Origin: Octopus vulgaris
Lineage: Eukaryota
NCBI GenBank assembly: GCA_951406725.2
Contig: OX597824.1
Span: forward strand, 53,134,001-53,198,000
Length of the DNA: 64,000 nt
Reading direction: 5' to 3'
Each line of letters opens with the position of its first letter. Positions within the stretch are counted from its first letter, which is position 1. The translations under genes and the position numbers were made by a program. Shown here piece by piece: positions 39,110-51,630 of the stretch. The notes under the pieces were generated by a model. The model ran no database searches. It was given only the letters and a program-made list of their open reading frames with translations, and was not told the DNA's origin.

Positions 39110-41244
39110 GCTATTGATGATGATGTTTTTACTACCGCTACGAAATATTTACTACTAATTCTACTACAACGACAGTTAATACTACTACTTAAGTTACTAT
39201 TACTACAGATATTACAATTACTCATACTACTGCTACTACTACTACCACTGCTTCTAAACTACTATATCGACCATCATTATCTGTTCTTTTAGTTTAGTTC
39301 CCACAGAAGTGTCCCTCGTTGACTAGTTTTTGATTTCCAACTTGTGGAGTAAGTTACAGACTTTTATAAAAGTTATAGACGATTGAACTAACCCAGAATG
39401 TTATTAGTACGAGTTATCAAAGTAGCATACACGATGATTTATCCTAAGTGCTAGAAATAGCATCTAAATTCTTCAAATCACATTGTACCATCCTGGAAAA
39501 AAAGCGCGGATTGGACCAAGTAAGTAAATAGGGTGAGTTGATCCATATAGGAAAGCTATGTTGGTAGGTTCCTTAAGCAGGGCTGTACTGGATTTAAAAT
39601 GCAGTTGGTATTGCCTCTAGAAGGAAGAAAGCCAAGTTCAACTCAGTTCGAATTTTAATTCAGTACTTAGAGCATCATAAGTATTCTCTACACATAAAAA
39701 TATACAGCTATACTCTTAACCTTTACCCTTTCTACCACACCAACACCCGATTGGTAATTAAAATCCATTCAAACCTAATTTTAGAAAAAGCAGATAAGTT
39801 GACGATCAATATGATGATGAGAAGGAGGAGGGTGACGAGGATGACGATGACAATGATCATGGGAACAAAATCAAAATTATAAATCATTAATGGAACTGTG
39901 AAAATTGTAGAACATTCTAGAAGTTTAGTATACAAATCTGTGCATATATACATACATGTAAACACACAAACCTACAACAAAAGAACGTTTGCCGTTTGTT
40001 TGTGATTCCAAGACATTCTCGTCTTCGTTGACGTTTGGAGAACTAAAGGTAGAAGCCTTATCAACTTTTGTAGTAACAGGTGGTTGAGTGATGTAAGTGC
40101 CAATATTTAAATGTTAGAAGCCGTTAATAAAATACATACCAGTTCGCTGAGTATTCTTGAAACAAAAAACATATACCATAAAGGAAATCAACCACGCTAA
40201 AAACCTCATATGAAACCCCGACAAGTTTATAACATTTCCTCTTAAAGGTCGCCTTCATACAATCCAAAAGGATGAAATTTCACGGAAATCATCAGCTGGC
40301 AACGAATTCTGAATATGTAAAACCAGAAACAATAACATCATCTATATCATTCCCGAATGTGAATGTCCTCCATATATTACTTTCCCATGAGGCATGATGT
40401 GGTAAACAGAACAATCTGCAAGAAAATGAGAAAGAAAAAATGATGAAACAGATTACCATATTTAGACCAGTGAAACAAAACAATATCAGGGTAACTAAAA
40501 TCCCAAACAAACAATAAATTAGAATGAAACGGACTGATATTGTCTCTGAGAGCAAAATAAAATAATATTCTGTTGTGGCAGTTAGTTGCACACTTGATAT
40601 CAATATGGTGCAAAAAAAAAACTAGAGAAAGATGGCAACCATGGGCCATTGAGGAGAATCTTGCAAATCTAATAGAGATGGCTTTCTATTAAAAAATGGA
40701 ACGGATAACTCCCACTATACCTTGCTATAGATTATTACCAAACATTTTCATTTGAAACTGCATTTTACCTATAACTTTATTTATTTGATCATGGTACTGC
40801 GTAGCGTGTATCTATTTTACTCTGACCCTTCCTTCATTTTTGACAAACTAAAATATATTAGTATCCTTGATAGGGGATATTTATTTTTACATTTTTCTGG
40901 CTTTTACATTTTTCTGACTTTTTTACATTTTTTTTTATTATAAAATCCTTACTAAATATCACGAACCACATGCTTGGCTATTCTGGAAACAGTTGTAAGA
41001 GAATTTATATGTTTATAGCCTCTATCTGAATTGTATATCTTTTTCCAGCGATACCAAATATTTTGCTTTTCTATTTTTTAAATTTTAATCTACGTCCATC
41101 CGCTGAAGGAGAAACCACTTCTAGCCACCTTCGATAGGCAGTCTCAACACCATACTTTTCAGTTGAAGTTCAAGCAGGAGGTTTGGTGGTAAACCAAACT
41201 AAGCACTCATAGTACATACCTGTTACATTACGTCAGAAGGTTGA

Positions 41245-41513
41245 ATTCTTTAGTGAATTGGTATCGATCCTCGTGGACGACTTCGTTCAATCGAGCTTCA
41301 TTTAATTGGACAGGTTGACCGGAACGCAGGGAGTCTGTGGAGTCGAATTAATCTTTCTTGAAACGTAAAACCCATTCTCGTGCAGTTCTTTCAGTAGCAT
41401 TGCCTTATCCGTATTCAAGACAAATGTCTCGAGCGGTTTTGGCAACTTTAGAACATTGACTAAAAGAGAAGAAAAGCAGATGAGGAAAATGCTCAATTTT
41501 TTTTCTACGGCAT
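41245..41513 (-). mobile_element. Mariner transposase N-terminal HTH fragment, decayed
   Basis: Translation AKTARDICLEYG*GNATERTAREWVLRFKKD*FDSTDSLRSGQPVQLNEARLNEVVHEDRYQFTKE matches the mariner HTH region. Confidence 0.75.
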
Positions 41514-41709
41514 ATGTCTGAAAAGAGGTAAAATTTATTCATCTTTCAAAAATGATGAAAATATTTTTCGTGTTAATTCAAATAACATTTGAATGAAACG
41601 AATGAATTTATTTTTCAATCGAATATAAGTAGTTCGATTCTATTTTAAGTATAAAGTAAAATTACAGTAGGAAGTGGTGGTTTTGAATAGGATGATGGAG
41701 AAGAAGGAA

Positions 41710-41847
41710 AAGAAGAAGAAGAAGAAGAAGAAGAAGAAGAAGAAGAAGAAGAAGAAGAAGAAGAAGAAGAAGAAGAAGAAGAAGAAGAAGAAGAAGAAGA
41801 AGAAGAAGAAGAAGAAGAAGAAGAAGAAGAAGAAGAAGAAGAAGAAG
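41710..41847. repeat. (AAG)n microsatellite
   Basis: Perfect trinucleotide array; source of the poly-K and poly-F ORFs. Confidence 0.97.
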
Positions 41848-43259
41848 GTAAGGAGGAAGGAAGGAAGAGAAGAAAACGATGTCGGCTGAATAACGAAGAC
41901 CTTTTTTATGGCTACGTAGTTATTCACTTGTAACCTCGAGTAACAGCGTTTCACTATTTCAACGCCAACACTACACTGCTACACTGATTCATTACGTCGA
42001 GTTGAACTCCACCTGTAGGGCTCGGGAAGATACTTTTTCACTCCAACATCGTTTCTAAGTGTTTTAGTCTATTTCCTAATCGGCATGATGAGGGATCTAA
42101 TTACTATCTGCCTAAGATTAATCGTGTTCAACAGTCCATTGAGCATTAAATTCATCACAACCATCCACTACCAGGTGAGTATTTTTCTTATCCAATGAAG
42201 AAATCTACTAGATAGTAATAATTAAAAAAAAGTTATTTGCAAGGCCTTGAATCCATAGTAGATAGGGAGCAAAATTGCGCCTGTTTTCTTTTCATAGACT
42301 CTCTGAAAAGGGGCAATAATATTAGTAAGAAAGATTTGACACATTCGTTTCAATTTTCCTCACCTGTATCCCTCACATTTAACAAAAGTATAAGAAAAAC
42401 TTCAGATATACAATCAAACAATGAGAAGGTAAGCGATTAAAAAGTATTTTCAACACGTCTTATAACAAAAAACATAGGAGAATGTCGAACGTACTTCTCT
42501 AACACACTTAAATCAAACATCTCTCCTTGCTAAATTATCTTTCAAATGTTTTTCTGTTTTATATTATCGGAACAAACATGGGATTCGGTTAGATAAGACT
42601 AAATATCTTCCATTTGATAACATTAGAAACAAAATATGCATAATATATTTTTCTGTTTGAAATTATAATTGCCCAAAACGTAGACAATTCAAATATTTGA
42701 GATATTTTATGTTTTCATTGAAAATATTTATATTTTTTTATTCACATTCTCATATTTTTATTGTGCTATTTTCTGATTTTTGGTTTCCTTATCTCACTCA
42801 CAGCCTAATATTAATTTTTTTTTTGTAATTGCTTTATTTTCTTAAATTTAATATTTTTTCCTAGGGTTTCTCCAACTTTAAGATATTATCTTGTTCATTT
42901 CTTTAATTTAATCTACTTCTACTAAAGTTGTGTGCTTGTTTAGAGCCGATGAACTTTTTTATGCTTATTTGTAGTCTTGATCAATGATCCATTTTTGTAT
43001 TTGGGTTTTGAATATTAGATATATCTCTGAGAACTGATCCCGAGTCACGAGTTCGAGTCTGATATATTTCACATCACTGACGCCACAGAAATAGATATGA
43101 ACGCCATGACCTCAATTTCCCTTTCTTTTACAGTCAATCATATTGATATTCAAGTGATCAGAGATATCGCAAAAGTTCAATAAAGATCAAACATTGATCC
43201 CATTTATCGAACTTGTGTAAGGGATAAAATAGTATCTAATTTTTTATATGTATGTATAA

Positions 43260-43326
<67 letters not shown>

Positions 43327-44340
43327 TGTGTATGTGCGTGCGTGCGTGCATGTGCGTGTGTGTGTGTGCGTGTAGGTTTAATGTATATTTGCTTCGTTTC
43401 ATTTTTTAGATAAGTATCCTTGCTTAGTTTCTTATTCAGCTTTCATTGAGTTCATTGTCAAGTTTCTTTATTACTTGTGCTTTGTGTGTACCAGATGATT
43501 TATATATGTTATAACCATTTCAATTGTTCAGTAGCTATTACGTTTAGCTTCTTCGGTGTTTTATTATGGTTTCTTTTCATTGTAGACGTGAATTGGTATA
43601 CATTTTGTTCTTGGTGCTTCTTTCAATCTTCTTCGCTGCCGTTATTTTTTTATTGGGGCGGAGGTAGGCAAGAATTTTTCAGGTGCTGCTCCCTATCATA
43701 TAAGGCAGAAGAATTTCCAAAATGTTGTTAGAAACCAATTACATACCTATGCACATACACACATACACACACGCAAACACACATAGCACATAAATTTAGT
43801 TATTAATCAGAAGACGAGAGGTATTGCTTTTAAATCTTTACAGGGTTTCTAAAACAATCACTAAAACGCAACACACGCGCCCAAAATACTGCATACTTAC
43901 ATATACACACAACCCATAACACCATCATAACTAATTCACACAATATGAGTCCAAAAGCAGCTCATAAAGACGAGCTTCGGCGTATGCACATTGTACTAAG
44001 ACACCCATACATATTCCATAGATACATATTCACAATATACGAACTGAAACTGGGAGAAACATACATATATACATAACAGCCTACGGACATCCATACACAA
44101 GGACTAACATAAACGTACGCACTGACTCACTGGTACCACACTTGTTTTTTTTTCTTCAAGTTTGAAACATACTTCCCTTCACTTCCAGTCATTCTACCTT
44201 CTGATCACTGTACCGTATGAACTGTAAATCTTGCGCAATTTTTCATATAAATTTACTCCTTACGCCTCGTAGTTACGCCTCGTAGCCTCCTTTCTCTGTC
44301 TTTCTACTTCTATATATAAATAAATATGTCTATAAAAATA

Positions 44341-47300
44341 TGTTGTGATGAGAGTCACGACGTTCCCTTGCGAGAAATAGCCTGGACCAAGCGATTATAA
44401 ATAGTAGCGGTCAGAGTGAAGTTTTTGTGTTAATTCAAGTTTTGTTTAGAGTTGGGTGTTAAATCCTTGTGATTCCGTGGAAGTAAGTGGTGTTATTATA
44501 TATTGTTGAGGGTCACCCTGTGGGAGTGAACCTGGAGTTGTCAAATTTGTTGAATTTGAATTTTTGTCGCTGTTTTGCTTGTTTTTCTATTTGTTTCTTC
44601 CCCATTTATGGGTGAAGTGGAGAAGAGAGGAGAGATGGAACACGAACCACTTGAAAGTTATGCATCAGCTACGACAAAAGGATTAAATACCAACATCCTA
44701 GAAGTGCGAGAGATTAAAGTAGAGCCCAGAAAGTGGAAAGAGGGAACTAAATTGATAAAAAATGAAGGAGCCAGTTTCAAGATGACCCCATCAGAGGAAC
44801 TGACTAATAATGTGGCGAAAAAAACAGTTGTCTATAGGACATTGTCTACCTCTTCGAAAAAGATAGAGCATGCCTCAATAGAGGCATTAGAGAAATGTCT
44901 CAATAACATAAAAGGGCTGACCACGTTTTACACGCGAGGAAGGGAGTATGGCACTGTGGAGGTTAGGTTCGCCAACGAAGAGGAAGCCATAAACCACTCC
45001 ATTGTGACGATAAGAACACAACAATGGATTCTTCTGCCGAGTTACTGTGGTAAACGCATCGCAAAAGTAAGAATCGGCAGAGTGCTCCCGAGATTAAGGA
45101 AGCATGGCTGGTAGCAGCGGTCATGCACAAAATGGAAGACGAGGCTGAAATATTGAAAATTACGAGAACTAAAAAGGTTAATTGCTGAGGATATGGCGTC
45201 GAGATGGCAATACAAGTGAGTCTCAAAGACTTGCACGAGATCACAGAAGAGATTATTCTACCGGAAGACGTTAGGATAAGAGTTGTGGTGGAAAGTAGAC
45301 CACCAACATGTTACATGTAGACAAAAGGGGCACATGAAAGCAAGGTGCCCCCAGAAAGAAGACGAAGAGGAGGAGCAGGAACAACAATGTGAAGGACAAA
45401 TTGCCGAGGAGGCGGTGCCGGAAGGAGATAGAGACAAAGATGAATCATTCATTGTTGTGAATAGGAGGAAAAGGATAGAGCGTGTGAGCTCTCTTCCAGA
45501 GAGCCAGAAAAGGATGAAGGTGATAAAGAAGGAGGTGAAAAGAAATTGGTTAGATGCACCATCAGCAGCAGCATCAACAGCAGAATGTAGCATGGAAGCA
45601 GAAGCAGCATTGCAACGCATAGTGGAGGACATAGACGTTGAGGATTGTTAGTATACCAACGGAAGAACCAAAAGGGATGACTCGCTCGGACAGTCCAGGT
45701 CCGTCGCTGAAACAAACAAATGTAAAAGAGGAAAAGAAAAAGTGGCATATGATCACATATGTCAAAAACACTGCAATCGAATGGAAGATTACAAAATTTA
45801 AATCGGTCATAAGAATTAAGTCGCCACCAGAGAAATATCCAGAACATATCAAAGGAAAAGTAATTGATAAAGAGAGACATGGAAGATTGAAGAAACTGTT
45901 CGGAAATGATATCGACCCTTTAGGTGTTGAGATAGAATTCGACAATTTACCATCAGTAGTGGAGTACGAGGAATTAGAACTCTTGATTAACTACGACAGA
46001 AACGTTTTAAAAAAGAATGTTAACAGAATGTGTGAAAGTTTTAAACTTAAAAAACTTACAGTAAATGAAGATACAGAAAAACGGGCAAGAATTGTTTCAA
46101 AACTTGAACGAGCGAACCAAAATTTAATCCTGCAGACTGTTGCAGAAGAGTGTTGAAGGATGGTGAACCTGAAACACGACGTAAGAAAAATTCAAGAAAA
46201 CGATTTCGCAAAAATACAGATATGTCGACCAAGAAAGTATAACCAAAGAAGATTGCTAGATCCTAATCCATGTTACGGATGTGGAGGCCTACGTTTCAGA
46301 AAAGGTTTTTTAAAAAGCAAAAATGTTACAGTTGTAAAAAGTTTGGACACAAGCGTTCATACTGCAGAACAAAAGTACGAATGTCGTCGAGTGTAAAAAA
46401 TTCTAAAGTGCTTTCAGCAGAAAGTAAAATCGACACTCAGATAAGGAAATTTGTACACGTAACAGTAAACGGAGTAAATATTAAACATTAAATACAGCTG
46501 GGTACTGGTAGTGATATTTCAGCCATGAACACCGACGCGGGTAAGAAAATGGGGAAACGTATGTTAAGAAAAACAGCGAAAACTGCACGTAGCGTAACGG
46601 GTGACAAACTACACTTTGTAGACGAAATGTGGAATGACGTCACATTTCGAGGAAAATCTTTTAAGGCGAAAGTTTTCGCCGTGAAAAAGGCAACTATTTG
46701 GTACCGACTGGTTGGAGTTATTTTATTTGTGGGATCTCCCACTAAGCCAGTACTGTAAAAAATTGAATGACTGCCCCACCCGTCAAAATAGCTCAGTCGC
46801 TGAATTGAGGAAAAAAACTAATTAGAAACGTTATACGTGACAGTGCATGATATTAAGATGAAATTCGCAGAGGACAATTACATTACAAGAATGAAAGATA
46901 TGTTGAAAAATAAGCAAAATAAAAATAGAAATTCGAATAATTTTTCACTATGCAACGATGTTTTAATGTACGCACAAAGAGTGGTAGTACCAACTGTACT
47001 ACAGAAAAGAGTATTGTAGTAATTCCGCAGTGGACACCGGGGAATGTCAAGAAGGAAAGCCTTAATGAGGAGCTACGTATATTGGCCGACAACGGACCGG
47101 GACATTGAAAATTGTGTGAAATCATGTAGAGGTTGTGCATTAGCAGCCAAAGCACCATATGTGAAATATCAATTGTTGCCTGAGATGGATAGTCTGTGGT
47201 CCAGAGTACATATCGACTATGCTAGATCGGTGAATGGCGCATACTATCTAATCGTAGTTGATAACAGTACAACGTGGCCAGAGATATGCAGGTACAATAA

Positions 47301-48329
47301 ACCAACAGCAAAGACAAAAATAAAGTTCCCGTATAAATTATTTACCAAATATGGTGTTCCAGACACGTTAGTATCAAGTAATGGAACACAATTTACGTGT
47401 CGTGAATTCAAAAATTTCTGCAACATACATGCGATAAAGCATATCTTTACCCAGCCATACCAACCGAGGTCAAACGGGCAGGTAGAAAGATTCGTTGATA
47501 CTTTCAAGCGAGTGTTAAAAAAAAGCAAGGAATGACGTAGGAAATGACGAAGCTCTAACGAAATTCTTGAGGGTATATAGAGTAACCCCCAATCTGATTA
47601 CCAGTTCTGGAAAGTCTTCGGCAGAGTTAATGTTCACACGAAAAATAAAATCGATCGTCGATAAATTATTGCCAGGCAAATATATATTTAAAGAAAATAG
47701 AGAAAAGGCAACAAAACATTTCGAAATAGGAGATAAAGTTCATTTTAAAATTTACAAAAATGGTAAAGAAAGCTAGTAGGATGGTTGTGCAGCTAAAAGA
47801 TTAGGAAACATGATGTATGTAATTAAAGGACAACGTTGGGAACATAAGGGACACCTAAACCAATTAAAGACGTGACATACTGAAAACGAAAGGAAATACC
47901 AATGGAAGTCTGCTATGACATGTTTGAGGTGCCAGCATCTAAAGGGATTGAGCATCGTAGCAGCAGTAGAAAAAGGAAACAGACTGTACACTTAGAAATA
48001 ATGCCAAAACGAAAAAGATATAAAATTTTTAAAGAAAAAGAGATTGAGAAAAATAAAAAATAAAATAAATTTCACTTCTTATGGAAGTCGAAATTTCAAA
48101 AGAGATGTCATTATGAGAGTCACGACGCCTCCTTGCGGGAAATAGACTGGACCGAGCGATTGAAAATAGTAGTGGTCGGAGTTAAGTTTGTGCATTAGTT
48201 CGAGTTTAGTGCGCAGTGAAATCGGAAGGTGTCGTTCGTTTAGAATATTGATCGCTTGTTAGTAAAGAGATTGTTGGATAGTTACGTTGTTATTACGGCT
48301 GCACTGTTATCTTATTTACTGTTACAACA
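44341..48329 (+). mobile_element. Ty3/Gypsy LTR retrotransposon, internally deleted
   Basis: Partial 5' LTR 44341-~44445 matches 3' LTR 48106-48329 (TGT...ACA); gag C-terminus with CYGCGG and CYSCKKFGHKRSYC; protease remnant QLGTGSD; integrase 47044-47535 (YVYWP...CRGC, VHIDYA, NGQVERF); no RT/RNase H seen. Confidence 0.88.
44446..46010 (+). mobile_element. LINE ORF1-like (L1/Tx1-type) element, frameshifted, inserted in the Gypsy 5' end
   Basis: RRM-like YGTVEVRFANEEEA...KVRIGRV, then IRVVVESRPPTCY / CRQKGHMKARCP (CCHC) and an acidic low-complexity tail; no ORF2. Confidence 0.6.
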
Positions 48330-48421
48330 CTGGTACAGTGTATCTAAACCATCCGTCACAATATCGTAGCGGTACCACGGCATTTGGAGACGGAGGATGC
48401 AACAATATATATACATATATA

Positions 48422-48695
48422 AGCGCGAGCTTGGCTGTGTAGTAAGAATCTTACACATGATTCCTGGTTCAGTCTCACTACGTCGCACCTTGGGCGAGTG
48501 TCATCTACTAGAGCCTTGGGCCGACTAAAGCCTTGTGAACGGATTTGGTAGACGAAAACTGAATGAAGCTTGTCGTATATATGTGTGTATGTGTGTATTT
48601 GTGTTTTTTGTGTGTGTGCACGCGCGCAGGTGTCTTTGTGCGTGTCTGTGTTGGTGTCTTTATGCTCTCCGTGACGTAGTGGTTCGATAATAGAC
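48422..48695 (+). mobile_element. SINE family B (head, core and (GT)n)
   Basis: tggctgtgtagtaaga...ggttcagtctcactacgtcgcaccttgggcgagtgtc...gccttgtgaacggatttggtagacg. Confidence 0.75.
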
Positions 48696-48759
48696 ATTTT
48701 GAAACGATGTTAAGCCTCTGCCGCTTTGTTTTCGTTTTAGGTAGGGGCGGTCTACGTCA

Positions 48760-49575
48760 ATGTTTATGTTGAAATTATGTGTGCTTGTTAGTATTTTCTG
48801 AGTTTTCACATCAATGGCTCTGATCTCATCATGAGTCCAATCAAGCAGCCCAAATGTTGGTATACTGGCACTTCAAACACATTGTGGAACTCTGTTTTAT
48901 TGAATTCAGAAAGTTCTAAGGTCCAAATTTTCTTTATTTGGCTGTAATATTCTTCAGTGAAACGTGTTTTGTTACAGGTGCCATTGTAAAATATGCTTTC
49001 ATCCACCCCTAGATACCTGTAGCATTCCTCGGCAGATATAGGGGGAACAGGCAAGTCTTTGATAGAGATGTCACTAGTCTGGTTTACAGTTTTCCTCATT
49101 TTCACAATCATATAATATTTATCCTGACCAAACTCCAATCCTACATCCTTTGAGAATGTTGTAACCAGGCCAAGGCTCTTTTTCATCTCATGCATATTTA
49201 AGTCATCCATAAAGAAACTGTAATTTTGTTATTTCTGTTTCTTTGTGAATCAGTGGGATATCCTTCAGATTTCCTTATCATAAATGACTAGGGGTTTACA
49301 GAAAGTATTAACAACAGAGAGGCTATCCCTTTGGAATATGCCTTTGCGATACTGTATTCTATCAGTCACTTTTTGTGTTTAATTCCAAGATGGTGGCTCA
49401 CTATGAAGTCAGGTCAGCTATGGCTTTGGCTATGCTCACTGGAACTTTAGCAAGTTAAAGGGCTTCTAGAATCCATGAGTGGGCAACAGAGTCAAAGGCT
49501 TTCTTGTAGTCTAGCCACACTGAAACTAGGTTCATCTAATGGTTTCGCACCTCTGACATACAGTTTTGTTGATTG
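48760..49575 (-). mobile_element. Decayed R4/Dong-like RT fragment
   Basis: WLDYKKAFDSVAHSWILE, a frameshifted GIFQGDSL motif, FFMDDL, and YRYLGVDE. Confidence 0.75.
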
Positions 49576-49689
49576 ACAATTGCTCGGCACATGTATGTAT
49601 GTATGTATGTATGTATGTATGTATGTATGTATGTATGTATGTATATATGTATAAGTATTCATATATATGTGTGTGTATATATGTATATA

Positions 49690-49734
<45 letters not shown>

Positions 49735-49864
49735 ATATATATATATTTATTTATTTATTTAAATATATATCAAGAAATGCATAAACAAATGACGTGACGT
49801 ATACTGAATGTAAGATATATATATATATATATATATATATGAAGAAAGGTATAAACAAATGACG

Positions 49865-50790
49865 TGACGTATACTGACTGTCAAAACGAACAGGAGACAA
49901 AGAGATGAACCGTAATTATTTATCAGTTGCTGCCCAATTGGTAATATTCGGTTTCGCACCTTTAACAATAAGACTGAATCTTCCCAAATGGTGGTGCCCG
50001 CAAAGAAGCAGATTTAGAGACAAGATCAAACAAAACAAAACAACCAAAACGACCCAGAATGTGGACGATGGACGAGGACGAACAGTCGAACAAAATACGG
50101 CCTTGGGGGCCAAGGAGATAAGAATAGTGGGTAACGCTTAGAAAATGTCTTGAGGGATGGAGAACGGTGAGACAGGGAATTTGCGACTGGTTAGCTACGG
50201 GATCAGTGTAAGAAAGGAAGGAAAAGGGAAACTGGCCGCTGGTCACATGACAGCAGCAGACAGAGGAGAAAGACAACAGAGAGAGGAAGTGACAGAGAAA
50301 AAAGGAAAGGGATGAAGAGTAAGGAGAATAACTAGGAATACAAGGGAGAGAGAGAGATGAAAGGAGCAAGTAGAAAGGTTAGAATAGACATGAGAGGGTA
50401 GGCGATAGAAAAGAGAAAAGAATAAGGGCAAAAAGAGAGGGAGTCACACGGGTATATAAAAAACTTACTTAATACAAATCCGGTGTGCGTTGCGTCCCAT
50501 TACTTAATAAATAAAAAAAATGTCTACCCACTATTCTCGTCTCCCCAAGACCGTATTTTGTTCGACTGTTTGTCCTCGTCCACTGTCCTAAATCACACTC
50601 TGTGTCGTTTTGCTTGTTTTGTTTGCTCTTATCCCTAATTTTCCGCAAGAAAACCTTTTTTGCGGGCACCGCCAATTGAGAAGCACTCAGTCTTATCGTT
50701 AAAGGTGCGAAACTGAATATTGGTCGATAACTGATGATGAATTACAAACCTTCTGTTTGTCTCTCGTTCGCTTTTACATTGAGTATACGT
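49865..50790. mobile_element. Inverted pair of about 270-bp diverged pLTR-like repeats (49865-50137 and 50520-50790) between (TA)n tracts
   Basis: ttcggtttcgcacctttaacaataagactga and gacgaggacgaacagtcgaacaaaatacgg are mirrored in the right arm; degenerate hammerhead-like tgagaagcac...gtgcgaaac. Confidence 0.75.
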
Positions 50791-50819
50791 TACGTAGTTT
50801 GTTTGTACAATTTTTTCAT

Positions 50820-50877
<58 letters not shown>

Positions 50878-50889
50878 AGACACACACAC

Positions 50890-51052
50890 ATTTTTTTCTC
50901 TCCTTGTTTTTTCGGTGTCCCTTTCTGTAGTGGAGCGTAGGCTCGAAACGTAAAAGACTTTTTCTATTCCTGAACGTTATACTAATACATCAGTTTGTTT
51001 TGTATACCACCTGTCTTCGTCTTTTGGGGGTTTTTTTCGTAAACTCTCCCTA
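50890..51052 (+). mobile_element. Penelope-type pLTR-like element with degenerate hammerhead motif (50921-50956)
   Basis: Reverse-complement homolog of 35231-35395; (TA)n on both sides. Confidence 0.7.
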
Positions 51053-51156
51053 TATATATATATATATATATAGGGTTTTTCTCCAAGATCATGACAATAA
51101 AAACTCCGTCTTGATCTCGGAGGAAAACCCTAATAGATTAAAATTCCAAAATTAAA

Positions 51157-51522
51157 AATTCCATTTACCAGTGTAAAATTTCTTCCGGTACCGATGTCTT
51201 CTTTTATATTGGTTCGTCAACTTCAAAATTGTCCGAGAGAATTTCCAACCATTATTCAACTTTCCGTGATAGGAGAAAACAAGAAAGTACAGGACTAAGT
51301 AAATTGGTTTGGCGTCTTAAGGACAACAATATAACTTTCAAGTTGGATTGGTCCATATTGTCTGTATCCTTTCCTTTTGATAAGGGCAGACAATATTGTG
51401 GCATTTGTAATTCTGAACTCTTCTATGTACTTTTCGCCAAGGTTCCCTTGGTAAACACAATTATAGAAAAATCGTATAAGTGCAAGCATTGGCAAAAACA
51501 CACTTTCCACTCATATAAATGA
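51157..51522 (+). mobile_element. Penelope-like element GIY-YIG endonuclease fragment
   Basis: Open frame NSIYQCKISSGTDVFFYIGSSTSKLSERISNHYSTFR...LSKLVWRLK...WSIL...CGICNSE...KCKH, typical of the PLE GIY-YIG C-terminus. Confidence 0.85.
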
Positions 51523-51630
51523 TAGATAATATAGATAACCTCTTTGGTTTTAATAATTAGTTTTACGTCTACGCCACTACCATAGACAAATTCTTTCTTT
51601 CTAACCCGTTACATGGAGCAGTACTACTAT

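Noticed and set aside
41219-41459. Apparent minus-strand exon with strong acceptor and GTATGT donor
   Set aside because: The sequence is a decayed mariner transposase; exonisation cannot be shown without RNA data.
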